A program made the translations under genes and the position numbers. DNA of 48,131 nt from Gemmatimonadaceae bacterium. GTDB lineage: Bacteria > Gemmatimonadota > Gemmatimonadetes > Gemmatimonadales > Gemmatimonadaceae. Where the stretch lies: the NCBI GenBank assembly GCA_044224875.1, contig JBGAJQ010000042.1:1-48131 (forward strand). Direction: 5' to 3'. A model generated the notes under the pieces. That model was not told the DNA's origin, did no database searches, and worked only from the letters and a program-made list of their open reading frames with translations. Below are positions 28,093 through 38,178 of this stretch, one piece after another; position 1 is the first letter of the stretch, and each line of letters opens with the position of its first letter.

Positions 28093-29114
28093 GCGGGTTC
28101 GGCGTCGGCGGGTGAAGGACTGCGCTTCAAGTCGGTGAGGTGCATGCCCAGTCGCGTGAAGTACCAGGCGCCGATGATCGTGATCGGGAGGAACGACAGG
28201 ATGTGGTAGCCCAGTGCCCAGCTGACGGCGTCCGCCTGCGAAACACCGTACACCCCAAGCCCTTCACGTCCAAAGAACTCGAACAGGCCAAAGAACCCTG
28301 GCGATGCCGGGACGGCCACACCTAACGCGATCACGCTCTGCAGAAACAACGCCGCATTGAATGGTGCTTGAATGCCAACCGCGCGAAAGGCGAGGTAAAA
28401 CGACAACGACCCCATGAGCCAGTGCACCACGGTCCAGAACAGGATCAGCAGCGCCAGCCGCGGTGACTTCAGGGATGCCAATCCGTGGGCGAAACCTTCG
28501 AGGAGTGTCCCGCCACGGTCGGCGAGCGCGGGTGAAATCCGGCGCGCGATGGCGTTGAAGTGCCGCAGCGCCACCGACGGCCAGAACGCCAACGTCGCCA
28601 GCACCAACAGCAGGGCCGCGGCCGCCAAGGCGACCAGCGCGGCAATGCGTGACAGCGGTTGCCCGGCCAGCGTGGTGCTTCCCGGAAACGTCGGCGACCA
28701 CATCGCCGCCACGAGGATCCCCACGATCACGACTGCGTCAAACGCGCGGTCGATCACCAGCGACGCCAGCGCGTTCGGAAACGATACCCGACTGGTTTCG
28801 CGGGACAGCGCATAGGCGCGTGCCAACTCCCCGGCCCGCGCCGGCACCGTGTTGTTCACCATCATGCCGATCGACGTGGCGCGGAACAGGCTGCCTAACG
28901 GGAGCCGCTCCGCCACGGGTTCCAGGATGTAGCGCCAGCGGATCGCCCGCACCGGGAAGAGCAGTGTCGCCACCACCGTCGACAGGCCAAACAACCCAAG
29001 CTTGGAGTGCCGAAGGACATCCCACACGTGCGCGAACTCGACGTCGCGCAGTGTCCACGCCAACAGGGCCACGCTCACCACGAGGCCCAGCACCCCACGC
29101 CATCCCAGCTTCAT
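28089..29114 (-). CDS. Lysylphosphatidylglycerol-synthase-TM/UPF0104 flippase-like membrane protein
   Basis: RAIRWRYIL, NNTVPARAGELAR, DRAFD, PASPGFFG; multiple TM helices. Confidence 0.88.
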   Translation of the reverse strand: MKLGWRGVLGLVVSVALLAWTLRDVEFAHVWDVLRHSKLGLFGLSTVVATLLFPVRAIRWRYILEPVAERLPLGSLFRATSIGMMVNNTVPARAGELARAYALSRETSRVSFPNALASLVIDRAFDAVVIVGILVAAMWSPTFPGSTTLAGQPLSRIAALVALAAAALLLVLATLAFWPSVALRHFNAIARRISPALADRGGTLLEGFAHGLASLKSPRLALLILFWTVVHWLMGSLSFYLAFRAVGIQAPFNAALFLQSVIALGVAVPASPGFFGLFEFFGREGLGVYGVSQADAVSWALGYHILSFLPITIIGAWYFTRLGMHLTDLKRSPSPADAEPA

Positions 29115-29117
29115 TCG

Positions 29118-30842
29118 CTAGTCCGTCCGTGCAAGGTCGAGCAAGTCGTACAGCTCCCGCAGCGACTCGGCGTCCGGCGCGCCGCTCGTTCGCATGGCAT
29201 CGCGCACCTGAATGGCGCGCAACAACGCCGCCCTCCCGCGATACAGCAGAGACTCCACCGGAACCACATCGTCGTCCATCGGCATTTCCACGCTGGGTGA
29301 AAGCGGCTGGCTTTCCAGTCCGCTCAATCCAGCGATCCCCGTCGCCAACATTTCCTGGAGGGCACGCCCGGTCGGCGTGATGGTCGGGGTGCGCGACGGC
29401 GTGGGTTGACGCACCGTCGGCGTTGGCGCGCCCAACGGGCCTGCAGGAGGCTGGGCAGGCGCCGCCAGCGGCCTCGCGGCCTCAGGCTGGGCGGGGACGG
29501 GAGATGCAGGCGTCCACGCGCCAGGTGGTCGCAGAGTTGCAACGGTTGGTGTCCCGCGCGACGGCGTTCCCGTCGGCGGCACGATCGCCGAGCCCAGCGG
29601 AGTAGCGACTCCGGCGGCCGGCGTCGCTAAGCGAGCCACACCCGGCGGTGTGTTCTGGCGGCGCGTCAACACGGCCACTCGCCGCTCGAGTTCGTCGATG
29701 GTTGACGTCGGCGTGAGGAGCAACGTGGCGGCAGCGTCCAACGCGTCCAATTCCAGCGACGAAAGCTGATCGGCCCGATGCCCCGCCTCGTGGCAGAACG
29801 CGGCCACTTGTGCGGCGCCAAAGCTCTGTGCGGTGAGTTCAAGGGCATGCAGCGTGGAAGCGAGGTCCCGTCTGATGCGCTGGCGGGCAATTCCGTCGCC
29901 GGCAGCGCGGGCGTCGGCGATCAGACGCTTCACATGCTCCGCTCGTGACACAACCTCGTCCGCGAAACGACGGGCGGGCGTCATTGGCGGCGTGCCCGGG
30001 GCACCAACCACGTGCGGCCCAGAATCGAGGTAAAACAACTCCTCGACGTTCACCACGCGTTCGGGCGTCGGGTGCGCTGTCTCGAGCGCGGAGAGGGCGT
30101 CCGCGAAGCGTCGCACCTGAGGTGAATTCCGATCCGGAGCCGAACGGGAACGCAATTCGTCCGACGCTCGCCTGAGCAACGCCGCGGCAGACGCGAACAG
30201 CTCGATTTCCGTGGCCGACAAGGGCGCATCGGGAACGATCGACCGACACGTCCGCTCGATGGCGTCGCACACGTCCGGCAAGGGCGGCGACTCCTGCAGC
30301 CCGGCGATCCCTTGCATGATCCGCACGCGGCTCAAGACCTCATCCAACACGGGTCGCGTGTCTCGGGCGCGGACGAGCGCGTCCAGGTCGCTGGCGATCG
30401 CCGACGCCTGCAACGCCACGAACACGGGTTGCGTGCTGCTCGCGGCCATCGGCGGCGTTGGGCGACTAACGTTAGGCACCCAGCGTCGCACCGACGCTTC
30501 ACAGGCAGCCGCTCGAGCGTCCTCGGCGGGCCCCCACTGTCCCACCAACCCCAACATCGTGCGCAATTCGTCCAGCGTGTGTCGCAGCGCCTCTTGCAGC
30601 ATCGGTGTCCACGCCGTGTCACTGTCGCGTATCCCACCACCGACCTGTTCAATCGCAAACGCCACGTCCGCCAGGCGCGGGAGGCGCGCAATCGTGGCCG
30701 CACCACGCAAAGCGCGAGCGGTCGCAACGACCTCGGTCCCCTCTGCCGGACCTATGACGTTGGCGACGAGTGGCTCGAGCGTGTCGAGGCACTCTCCGGC
30801 TTCAGCGACAAAGTACCGCAGCAGTTCCGGAGGCGAGTTCAT
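29118..30842 (-). CDS. Tandem HPt-like domain protein without a kinase domain
   Basis: CheA-P1-like start (LLRYFVAEAGECLDTLE...ARALRGAATIA), two further HPt-like repeats, a Pro/Thr-rich linker and a short C-terminal helical domain. Confidence 0.7.
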   Translation of the reverse strand: MNSPPELLRYFVAEAGECLDTLEPLVANVIGPAEGTEVVATARALRGAATIARLPRLADVAFAIEQVGGGIRDSDTAWTPMLQEALRHTLDELRTMLGLVGQWGPAEDARAAACEASVRRWVPNVSRPTPPMAASSTQPVFVALQASAIASDLDALVRARDTRPVLDEVLSRVRIMQGIAGLQESPPLPDVCDAIERTCRSIVPDAPLSATEIELFASAAALLRRASDELRSRSAPDRNSPQVRRFADALSALETAHPTPERVVNVEELFYLDSGPHVVGAPGTPPMTPARRFADEVVSRAEHVKRLIADARAAGDGIARQRIRRDLASTLHALELTAQSFGAAQVAAFCHEAGHRADQLSSLELDALDAAATLLLTPTSTIDELERRVAVLTRRQNTPPGVARLATPAAGVATPLGSAIVPPTGTPSRGTPTVATLRPPGAWTPASPVPAQPEAARPLAAPAQPPAGPLGAPTPTVRQPTPSRTPTITPTGRALQEMLATGIAGLSGLESQPLSPSVEMPMDDDVVPVESLLYRGRAALLRAIQVRDAMRTSGAPDAESLRELYDLLDLARTD

Positions 30843-30898
30843 GCAAGAGGGTGTGAAGGGATTGCGCGTCCAAAATATCGTGCGCGCATAACTACTCG

Positions 30899-31630
30899 CT
30901 AGCGCGCGCGTGCCGCGTCCATCGCCGCACGCATCTCACGCACGGCCGCCGCCAGTCCGACGAACACAGCGCGCGCGACAATCGAATGGCCGATGTTCAA
31001 CTCTTCGATCTCGGCGATCGCCGCCACCGGGCCTACGTTGTTTACCGTAAGTCCGTGGCCCGCGTGGACGGCCAAGCCGATCTGTGCTCCCAGCGCCGAA
31101 CTGCGCTGCAGGGACGCGAGCGTCTCCGGATTAGCAGGGTGATGCGCGTAGCGCCCGGTGTGCAGCTCAATCGCGTGTGCTCCCAGCTTTAGTGACTGGC
31201 GCACTGCCTCCTCACTGGGGTCGATGAAGAGACTGGTGCGAATACCGGCGTTCTTGAAGGCGCTGACGGCCGCGGCAACCGCGGGTCGCGCGCCCGTCAC
31301 GTCCAGTCCACCTTCGGTCGTCACTTCCTGTCGATTCTCAGGCACCAGCGTCACCTGACGGGGCTTGAGGCGTAGCGCGATGGCCACCATCTCCTCCGTG
31401 CAACCCATCTCCAGGTTCAGCACCGTGCGCACACTCGTTGCGAGTCGCTCGACGTCGGCGTCCTGAATGTGTCGCCGATCTTCTCGCAGGTGCGCGGTGA
31501 TGCCGTCGGCGCCGGCGCCTTCGCACACGGCGGCGGCATCAACCGGGTCCGGCTCAAACGTTCGTCGCGCCTGACGAATCGTGGCGACGTGATCGATGTT
31601 GATGTATAGACGTTGGTACGGTGCGCGCAT
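30899..31630 (-). CDS. pdxJ: Pyridoxine 5'-phosphate synthase
   Basis: [47 protein letters not shown]. Confidence 0.97.
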   Translation of the reverse strand: MRAPYQRLYINIDHVATIRQARRTFEPDPVDAAAVCEGAGADGITAHLREDRRHIQDADVERLATSVRTVLNLEMGCTEEMVAIALRLKPRQVTLVPENRQEVTTEGGLDVTGARPAVAAAVSAFKNAGIRTSLFIDPSEEAVRQSLKLGAHAIELHTGRYAHHPANPETLASLQRSSALGAQIGLAVHAGHGLTVNNVGPVAAIAEIEELNIGHSIVARAVFVGLAAAVREMRAAMDAARAR

Positions 31631-31733
31631 GGTTCCGGAACGGCGTCAGTAACGAGGGGTAGCCTGCGTACGCCGTTGCTTCACGCAAGGCGTACACATT
31701 ACGTTCGCATTGCACCCAGGCCTGGAGTAGCGA

Positions 31734-32159
31734 GTGAAGAAGTTAATCCTTCTCGCGGTTGGAGTCGCGGCGTGCAGCCGCGGACCCGGACCCGGGAATT
31801 CCATGACGGGGGCTCCGGCACCTCGTCGCGCGGTCGAGCAGTTCCTCGGGGCTGTGAAGGCTCAGGACCTTCAGGCGATGAGCGTCGTGTGGGGGACCGC
31901 GAAAGGGCCCGCGCGCGATCAGATCGAGCGCAACGAACTCGAGAAGCGCGAGATCATCATGCAAAGCTGCTACAGCCACGACTCTTTTCGCGTCGTCGGC
32001 GAGTCGCCCGGTACGGGAGGGCAGCGAATCGTGAAGGTCGAAATCACGCGCGGCTCCAAGACCAAGAGTCCGAACTTTACCACGGTGAAGGGTCCGAGCG
32101 ACCGCTGGTACGTGCTGGACGCCGACTACACCGCCATGCGTGAGTTCTGCAAGACCTGA
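31734..32159 (+). CDS. Hypothetical lipoprotein (possibly NTF2-like fold)
   Basis: GGAG SD upstream; MKKLILLAVGVAAC lipobox; AVEQFLGAVKAQD...RWYV. Confidence 0.75.
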   Translation: MKKLILLAVGVAACSRGPGPGNSMTGAPAPRRAVEQFLGAVKAQDLQAMSVVWGTAKGPARDQIERNELEKREIIMQSCYSHDSFRVVGESPGTGGQRIVKVEITRGSKTKSPNFTTVKGPSDRWYVLDADYTAMREFCKT

Positions 32160-32192
32160 GATCGTAGCGAAACTCTTGACGCCCTAGCGAGA

Positions 32193-32612
32193 TTAGTACT
32201 CAGAGAGTTCGATGAGAACTCCTGCTGTTGAGGATGGGTGCAGGAACGCAATGCGCTTTCCCTCAGCTCCAATGCGCGGGGTTTCGTCGATGAGCCGGAT
32301 CCCCGCGGCTCGGCATCGATCGAGGGTCGCGTCCAGGTCATCCACGGCAAAGCAGATGTGGTGAATGCCTGGACCGCGCTTGGCGACGAACTTGGCAATG
32401 GGCGAATCGGGCGTCTCCGCCTCGAGGAACTCAACCAGGGACTCGCCAGCCGCGACACCCGCAATGCGCGCGCCGTCGGCACTATCCAGTGGAACCTGGG
32501 GCATGCCGAGCAGATCGCGGTACAGGGGGAGAATGTCCTCCAAGCCACGGACCGCCACACCTATGTGGGCGATCCTGGTGCCGCGAAGGGGCGGCAGGGG
32601 TGACGTCGTCAT
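32193..32612 (-). CDS. mce: Methylmalonyl-CoA epimerase (VOC family)
   Basis: HIGVAV, VEFLE..SPIAKF..RGPGIHHICFAV, GAEGKRIAFLHP..GVLIEL. Confidence 0.92.
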   Translation of the reverse strand: MTTSPLPPLRGTRIAHIGVAVRGLEDILPLYRDLLGMPQVPLDSADGARIAGVAAGESLVEFLEAETPDSPIAKFVAKRGPGIHHICFAVDDLDATLDRCRAAGIRLIDETPRIGAEGKRIAFLHPSSTAGVLIELSEY

Positions 32613-32695
32613 CGAACGCGCGCTCCGGAATCGGTGCGCCGGAAGCTAACTTCGGAAAATCGGGTGGCACGAGTCGCTCGATGGAGAAAGGGACA

Positions 32696-33052
32696 ATGTC
32701 GATGGCGGTCGCTGTAACGGATCAGACGTTCGCACAGGAAATCGAGAAGCACGAAGGTCTTGCCGTGGTCGATTTCTGGGCGACTTGGTGCGGGCCCTGT
32801 CGGATGATCGCGCCGATTCTCGATCAGCTGGCCGTGGAGTACAACGGCAAGGCCAAGGTCGCAAAGGTCGACGTCGATACCAACATTCAAACCGCAACGC
32901 GGTTCAACGTTCGTTCCATCCCCATGGTGCTCTTCTTCAAGGGCGGCAAGGTGGTGGATCAGGTCATCGGGGCAGTACCCAAGCCGGTACTGGAGGCAAA
33001 GTTCAAGCAACACGCGGTCGTCACCCCGAACCTCGGGTCCGCGTCAGCGTAG
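32696..33052 (+). CDS. trxA: Thioredoxin
   Basis: VDFWATWCGPC active site, VRSIP; SD-like GGAG/AAGGG before ATG 32696. Confidence 0.96.
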   Translation: MSMAVAVTDQTFAQEIEKHEGLAVVDFWATWCGPCRMIAPILDQLAVEYNGKAKVAKVDVDTNIQTATRFNVRSIPMVLFFKGGKVVDQVIGAVPKPVLEAKFKQHAVVTPNLGSASA

Positions 33053-33093
33053 TCTTAGCCGCATTGCTCGGCCCGTTCCGGGCTGGCAATTTC

Positions 33094-33121
33094 TCGCCCG
33101 AGGGCTCCTGCCCTCGGGCGA
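33094..33121 (+). terminator. Hairpin after trxA (probable terminator)
   Basis: 12-bp perfect stem tcgcccgagggc / gccctcgggcga with a 4-nt loop, followed by ttctgtt. Confidence 0.6.
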
Positions 33122-33271
33122 TTCTGTTACTGGCTCACGCCCATCTCGTACGAGACACGCTTTGTCCCTCCCTGTGCTGCAAATTCCCGCTCGCCACCTC
33201 GCGCGAGGTCGCGCTCACGCCGAGTCACGACGCGCTGGCGACCGACCTTGGGTCATGCCGTCGATTCGTTG

Positions 33272-34102
33272 ATGTCGAGCCCGGGAACGCTGTTCGTCGT
33301 ATCGACTCCCATTGGCAATCTCGCGGACATCACGGTTCGCGCGATCGAGACGCTGCGGACCGCCGACCTGATACTCGCCGAGGACACACGACACTCGCGG
33401 ACCTTGCTTCGTCATTATGACGTCGCTTCGCGGGTGGAAGCCTATCATGAGCACAACGAAGCAGAGATGACGCCTCGGGTGCTACAGGAACTCTCGCGCG
33501 GCGCACGCGTCGCACTCATCTCGGATGCGGGAACGCCACTTCTCTCGGACCCTGGGCACCGTCTGGTGCACGCGGTGATCGAGGCGGCGTTTCCGGTTGT
33601 GCCTGTACCCGGTCCCTCCGCCCTTCTCGCCGCGCTGGTTGGTGCCGGGCTCGATACCAGCGCCTTCACGTATCTGGGATTCCTTCCTCGAAAGGGGGGC
33701 GATCGCGAACACGTGCTCCAGGCTGTCAGCGACTGCCCCCACACAAGCGTACTGTACGAGTCGCCAACTCGACTGGTGGCTACTCTCCATGACCTGTCTG
33801 AGGCTGGCTGTGGCAACCGCCGTGCAGTGGTCGCTCGTGAACTAACCAAACAGTTTGAGGAATACCGTCGCGGAACGGTCGACGAACTCCATCAGTACTA
33901 TCGCGAACACGCGCCGCGGGGAGAGGTCGTCATCGTCGTGTCGGCTCGGATGAATGTCGCCGTGTCCGAGCCCGAGTTGCGCGGAATCGCGCGCGAGTTG
34001 CGCGTGAGGGGCTATAGTTCGAGAGCAATCGCGACCGCGCTCCAGGAGGAGCACGGTGCCTCGCGAAACCTCGCGTACCGTCTAGCGCACGAAGGCACAT
34101 GA
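33272..34102 (+). CDS. rsmI: 16S rRNA (cytidine1402-2'-O)-methyltransferase
   Basis: GTLFVVSTPIGNL.DIT.RA, AEDTR, ISDAGTP..SDPG, GFLPRK, YESP.R, RELTK.FEE. Alternative start TTG 33248. Confidence 0.96.
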   Translation: MSSPGTLFVVSTPIGNLADITVRAIETLRTADLILAEDTRHSRTLLRHYDVASRVEAYHEHNEAEMTPRVLQELSRGARVALISDAGTPLLSDPGHRLVHAVIEAAFPVVPVPGPSALLAALVGAGLDTSAFTYLGFLPRKGGDREHVLQAVSDCPHTSVLYESPTRLVATLHDLSEAGCGNRRAVVARELTKQFEEYRRGTVDELHQYYREHAPRGEVVIVVSARMNVAVSEPELRGIARELRVRGYSSRAIATALQEEHGASRNLAYRLAHEGT

Positions 34103-34764
34103 TTGGTCGAACGGTTCTGACGGTTGTTGCTGCCGCGCTCGCGATGTCGGAGCCGGCACCCCGAATGACCATCGCGCGTCTGCAGTACGAAGGCGGCGGC
34201 GATTGGTATGCCAACCCATCGAGCCTGCCGAATCTTCTCCGGGCCATCAACGAACGGACCACACTGCGTGTCGAACCCACAGAGGCGCGAGTGACGTTGA
34301 TGGACGAGCGTCTCTGGGATTTCCCGTTCCTGCACATGACGGGTCACGGCGTGGTGAAGTTCTCGGACGCCGAGGTGGCCCGGCTGCGGGAGTACCTGTT
34401 GCGAGGCGGGTTCTTGCACGCGGACGACAACTACGGCTTGGATGAGACGTTTCGAAAGGAGATTGCCCGGGTTTTTCCGGATCGTCCCCTAGTGGATGTG
34501 CCGCTCTCGCATCCGATTTATCACATCGTGTATGACTTTCCGAAGGGCGTTCCCAAGATTCACGAGCACGACGGCAAGCCCGCCCGCGGTTATGGGATCT
34601 TCATTGGCGATCGGTTGGCGGTCTACTACACGCACGAGTCTGATCTGGGTAATGGCTGGGAAGATCCAGGGACGTATTCCGACCCCCCCGAATTGCATGA
34701 GGCAGCGCTTCGTATGGGTGTGAATCTCTTCACGTACGTCGTCACGAGCAGACCGGCCTCATGA
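34099..34764 (+). CDS. DUF4159 domain secreted protein
   Basis: Signal peptide; IARLQYEGGGDWY, PFLHMTGHG, GGFLHADDN, PKIHEHD, DLGNGWED, ALRMGVN. Confidence 0.88.
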   Translation: MIGRTVLTVVAAALAMSEPAPRMTIARLQYEGGGDWYANPSSLPNLLRAINERTTLRVEPTEARVTLMDERLWDFPFLHMTGHGVVKFSDAEVARLREYLLRGGFLHADDNYGLDETFRKEIARVFPDRPLVDVPLSHPIYHIVYDFPKGVPKIHEHDGKPARGYGIFIGDRLAVYYTHESDLGNGWEDPGTYSDPPELHEAALRMGVNLFTYVVTSRPAS

Positions 34765-37700
34765 CCCTCCACGATCTCGTCGAAAGGGAGCGTCGCGGAC
34801 TCGCGCGCCTAACCAGCACCACGGTCATGGCAGGTGTCGTCGCGCTCGTGGCCGTAGCCGTGGCGGTGGGGATTCTTTGGATGGGAGGAGCCCGGTGGTT
34901 GACGTTGCCGCGCATCCTGCCGTTCCTGCTGTGGACCCTGATCATTCTCCTGGTCGCGTTGGGTCTGCAACGTGGACGGGCGCTGGTACGTCGCTCCAGT
35001 CGGCTGAGTGACGTGGCATTGGCGGTGGAGCAGGAGCGGAAGCTGCGCGCTGGTTCGTTGCGGGGCGTGCTGGAGGTGGCCGACAGTGGAGCGCTGGGAC
35101 GCCTCGGTGCAGAACAGATGGCGTCGAGGCTGGCGGCACTGGGCGAGCCGGTGCTGGCGCCACAGGCGCACAAGCGTGCGCTTACGCGTGCAGCGGTTGG
35201 AGGGCTGGTGGCGGTAGCGGGCGTTCTGGGAATCGTCACCGGGGCCAACGCCGCGCCCGACGGGTGGGCAGCACTCATGCACCCCGTTCGCGCTTGGAAG
35301 GGCACCTTGCTGGACGGCGTGTCGTTGGAGCCGGCGCCGGCAGCGGTTCTGCGAGGGGAGCGCGTCACGCTGAAGGTACGGGCTCCCGGTCGTCGCACGG
35401 TGGAGGTGGCCCAACGTCGCACGGGTGGTTCCTGGCTTCGATCGACACACCGCGTCGAATCCAATGTGGCAACGATTCGGCTGGACCCACTGGATGCCAC
35501 GCTGACGGTGTACGCCACCGACGGGCGAGCCACCTCCGACACGGCTACGATCGCCGTGGTGGAGCGGCCATTCATTGGCAGTGTCACCATCAAGGCGTCT
35601 TTCCCTGCTTATCTGGACCGTCGCGACGAGACGATCACCCTCGGCGAGCCGGCCCGCGTCCCGCGCGGCACGGTGTTGCAGCTGGATGGGCAATCGTCCA
35701 CCGAGTTGCGTGCCGTCACGTTGGCTCGCGAGGGCGAGACATTGAAGCTGACGACCACGGGGCGCACGTTCAGTGGCCGGTTGGTGGCCGGCACCAGCGG
35801 TCGGTACAGTTGGTCCGCGGTCGGCAGTGGCGGCCCCATTGCCGATGTCCCAGCGGCCCTCGAGCTGGACGTGCAGCCGGACTCCGCTCCCAGCGTCGAG
35901 ATCCTCGCGCCCGGCCGCGATACAACCGTCAACGCCAACGACACGCTGAGCGTGTCCATCCTTGCGACGGACGACCACGGGATCGGTTCCATCCTCCTCA
36001 AGAGCTGGATCGTCACCAGTCGTGGTGAGACTCGAGCACCTGTCACGCGCCCGGTGGCGACCGTGACCGAGGCGCAGTGGTCTGGCGAAACCCCGTTCCC
36101 GACGAGCGCGCTGTCGCCGGGCGATGCCTTGCACGTGGTGGCGCTGGCCGCCGATCGGTCGCCGTGGCACCAAGTGGGTCAGAGCCGCGAGCTAGTGTTG
36201 CGGCTGCCGAGCCTGTCCGAACAACGGGATGCCGTCCGCGCCGCCGCCGATTCGGCCGTCGCCAAGGCGGCCGCCACGGCGAGTGCCCAGAAGCAGTTGC
36301 AGCAGCGAACCGCCGACGCCGCCAAGGCCCGCCAGAAACCCGGGCAGAACTCGATGAGCTACGAGTCGGCCGAGCAGGCCAAACAGTTGGCGAAGGAGCA
36401 GCGCCAGCTCGCCGACCGCATGCAGCAGATGCAACAGGCCGCTCGGCAGCTCGAACAACAGCTGAAGGAAACGGGCGCGCTCGATAGCGCCCTGCAGGAG
36501 CGGTTGCGGGAAGCCCAGAAGCTCTTGCGCGATGCCCTGACGCCCGAGTTGCAGGAACAGCTGAAGAAGCTGGAGCAGGCGTCGAACAAGCTGTCGCAGG
36601 AAGACGCCCGCAAGGCCATGCAGGACCTCTCCGAGCAGCAACGAAAGCTGCGCGAGCAGCTGGAAAAGAGCGTGGAGATGCTCAAGCGCGCGGCCATTGA
36701 AGGACAGATGCAGACGCTCAAGGACGAGGCCAAGGAGCTGGCGAAGAAGCAACGCGACCTGGTCGACTCCCTGCGCCAGGCGGACCGGGCCGAGGAGCGG
36801 AGTCAGGCGCAACGCGATGCCAAGGAGTTGGCGGACCGCGCCAAGGAGCTCTCCAACGACGTGAAGGAGTTGCAGAAGCGGCTGCAGAACGAAAAGGCCG
36901 AGAGTGGCGCCGAACGGACAGCTGAAGCCAACCAGAAGATTCAGGAGTCCGCCCAGCAGATGGAGCGCGCCGCGCGCGAGCAGGCAGGCCAGAAAGGAGA
37001 AGCGCAGCAAGGCGAGCAGAAGGCCGGTGGTGAGCAGAAGCAGGGCGGAGAACAGAAGCAGGGCGGCGAACAGAAGGCCGGGCAGCAGGGACAGTCGCAA
37101 CAGGGCGGGCAGAAGTCGGAGACGAGCCAGGAGAAGGGCGCAAAGTCCGGGCAGGGCCAGGGCAAGAGCTCCGAAGACGCCGCTCGCCAGGCCGCCGAGG
37201 CCATGGAGGAAGCCGCGGACCAGCTCTCGAAGGCTCGCGACCAGCAGGTCAGCGAGTGGAAGAAGGAGCTGACGGGAGAACTCGATCGCTCGATCCAGGA
37301 AATGTTGCAGCTGGCACGCGAACAGGACAACCTGGAGCAACAAGCGCGCAAGGGCGCTTCCCCGGACGACCTGCGATCGCAACAAAGTGCACTGCAACAG
37401 GGCGTGGACAAGGCGGGTCAGCGCCTGCAGGACGCCAGCAAGAAGTCGTCCCTGCTGTCACAACGCTCGCTCCGCATGATGAACGACGCGCGGCGAAAGG
37501 TGGAAGACGCCACTCGGCAGACTCAGTCGGCCCAGACCGGGCAGCAGATGGCGAGCGCCATGCGCGATGCCTCGGAATCCCTGAACCAGGCGGCGGCGTC
37601 CCTCGTGCGCGATCGCGAACGCACCTCCGAGTCCAACTCGGCGTCTGGCTTTGCTGAAATGCTCAAGCAGTTGCAACAGATGTCGCAGCAGCAGGGGCAG

Positions 37701-38178
37701 CTCAACAGCGCCGTGCAGGACCTGATGCCAAAGCCGGGCCAGCAGATGGAACAATCGGCGCAGGCGCAGGCCCGTCAGCTCGCCAAGCAGCAACGCGACG
37801 TCGCGTCCAAGCTGGATGATGCGGCGGACCGCGATGACAGTGGACGCACGGAACAAATGGCCAAGGAAGCGGCAGATTGCGCAAGCGCTGGAGATGGCGC
37901 AGCTGGACCCGGCCGTGCTCGAACGCCAGCAGCGCCTGTTCCGGAAAATGCTCGATGCCGGCAAGCTGCTGGAAGAAGACCAACGAGAGGACACGGGGAA
38001 GCGTGAGGCCAAGCCGTGGACCGGTACTGATGTCTTCACGCCGCAGAGTGGCTCCGCTAATGGAAAGGCCGCTACCAAGTTCCAGTCTCCGGCGTGGAAT
38101 GAACTCCGCGGACTGACACCCGAAGAGCGGCGGCTCGTGCTGGAGTATTTCAAGAAGATCAATGCGGAGCGCCCGTAG
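34761..38178 (+). CDS. DUF4175-like membrane-anchored Ig/coiled-coil protein; frameshift near 37870 joins ORFs 34761-38006 and 37816-38178
   Basis: N-terminal TM helices, ATDDHGI motif and a long Q/E-rich coiled coil. The conserved-looking C-terminus (ERQQRLFRKMLDAG...LVLEYFKKIN) lies in another frame. Confidence 0.8.
37011..37079 (+). repeat. In-frame imperfect 18-bp tandem repeat (about 4 x GEQK-A/Q-G)
   Basis: ggcgagcagaaggccggt / ggtgagcagaagcagggc / ggagaacagaagcagggc / ggcgaacagaaggcc. Confidence 0.75.

Noticed and set aside
37011..37079. 18-bp tandem repeat as a mobile or regulatory element
   Set aside because: It is in frame with synonymous variation, typical of a low-complexity G/E/Q/K protein linker.
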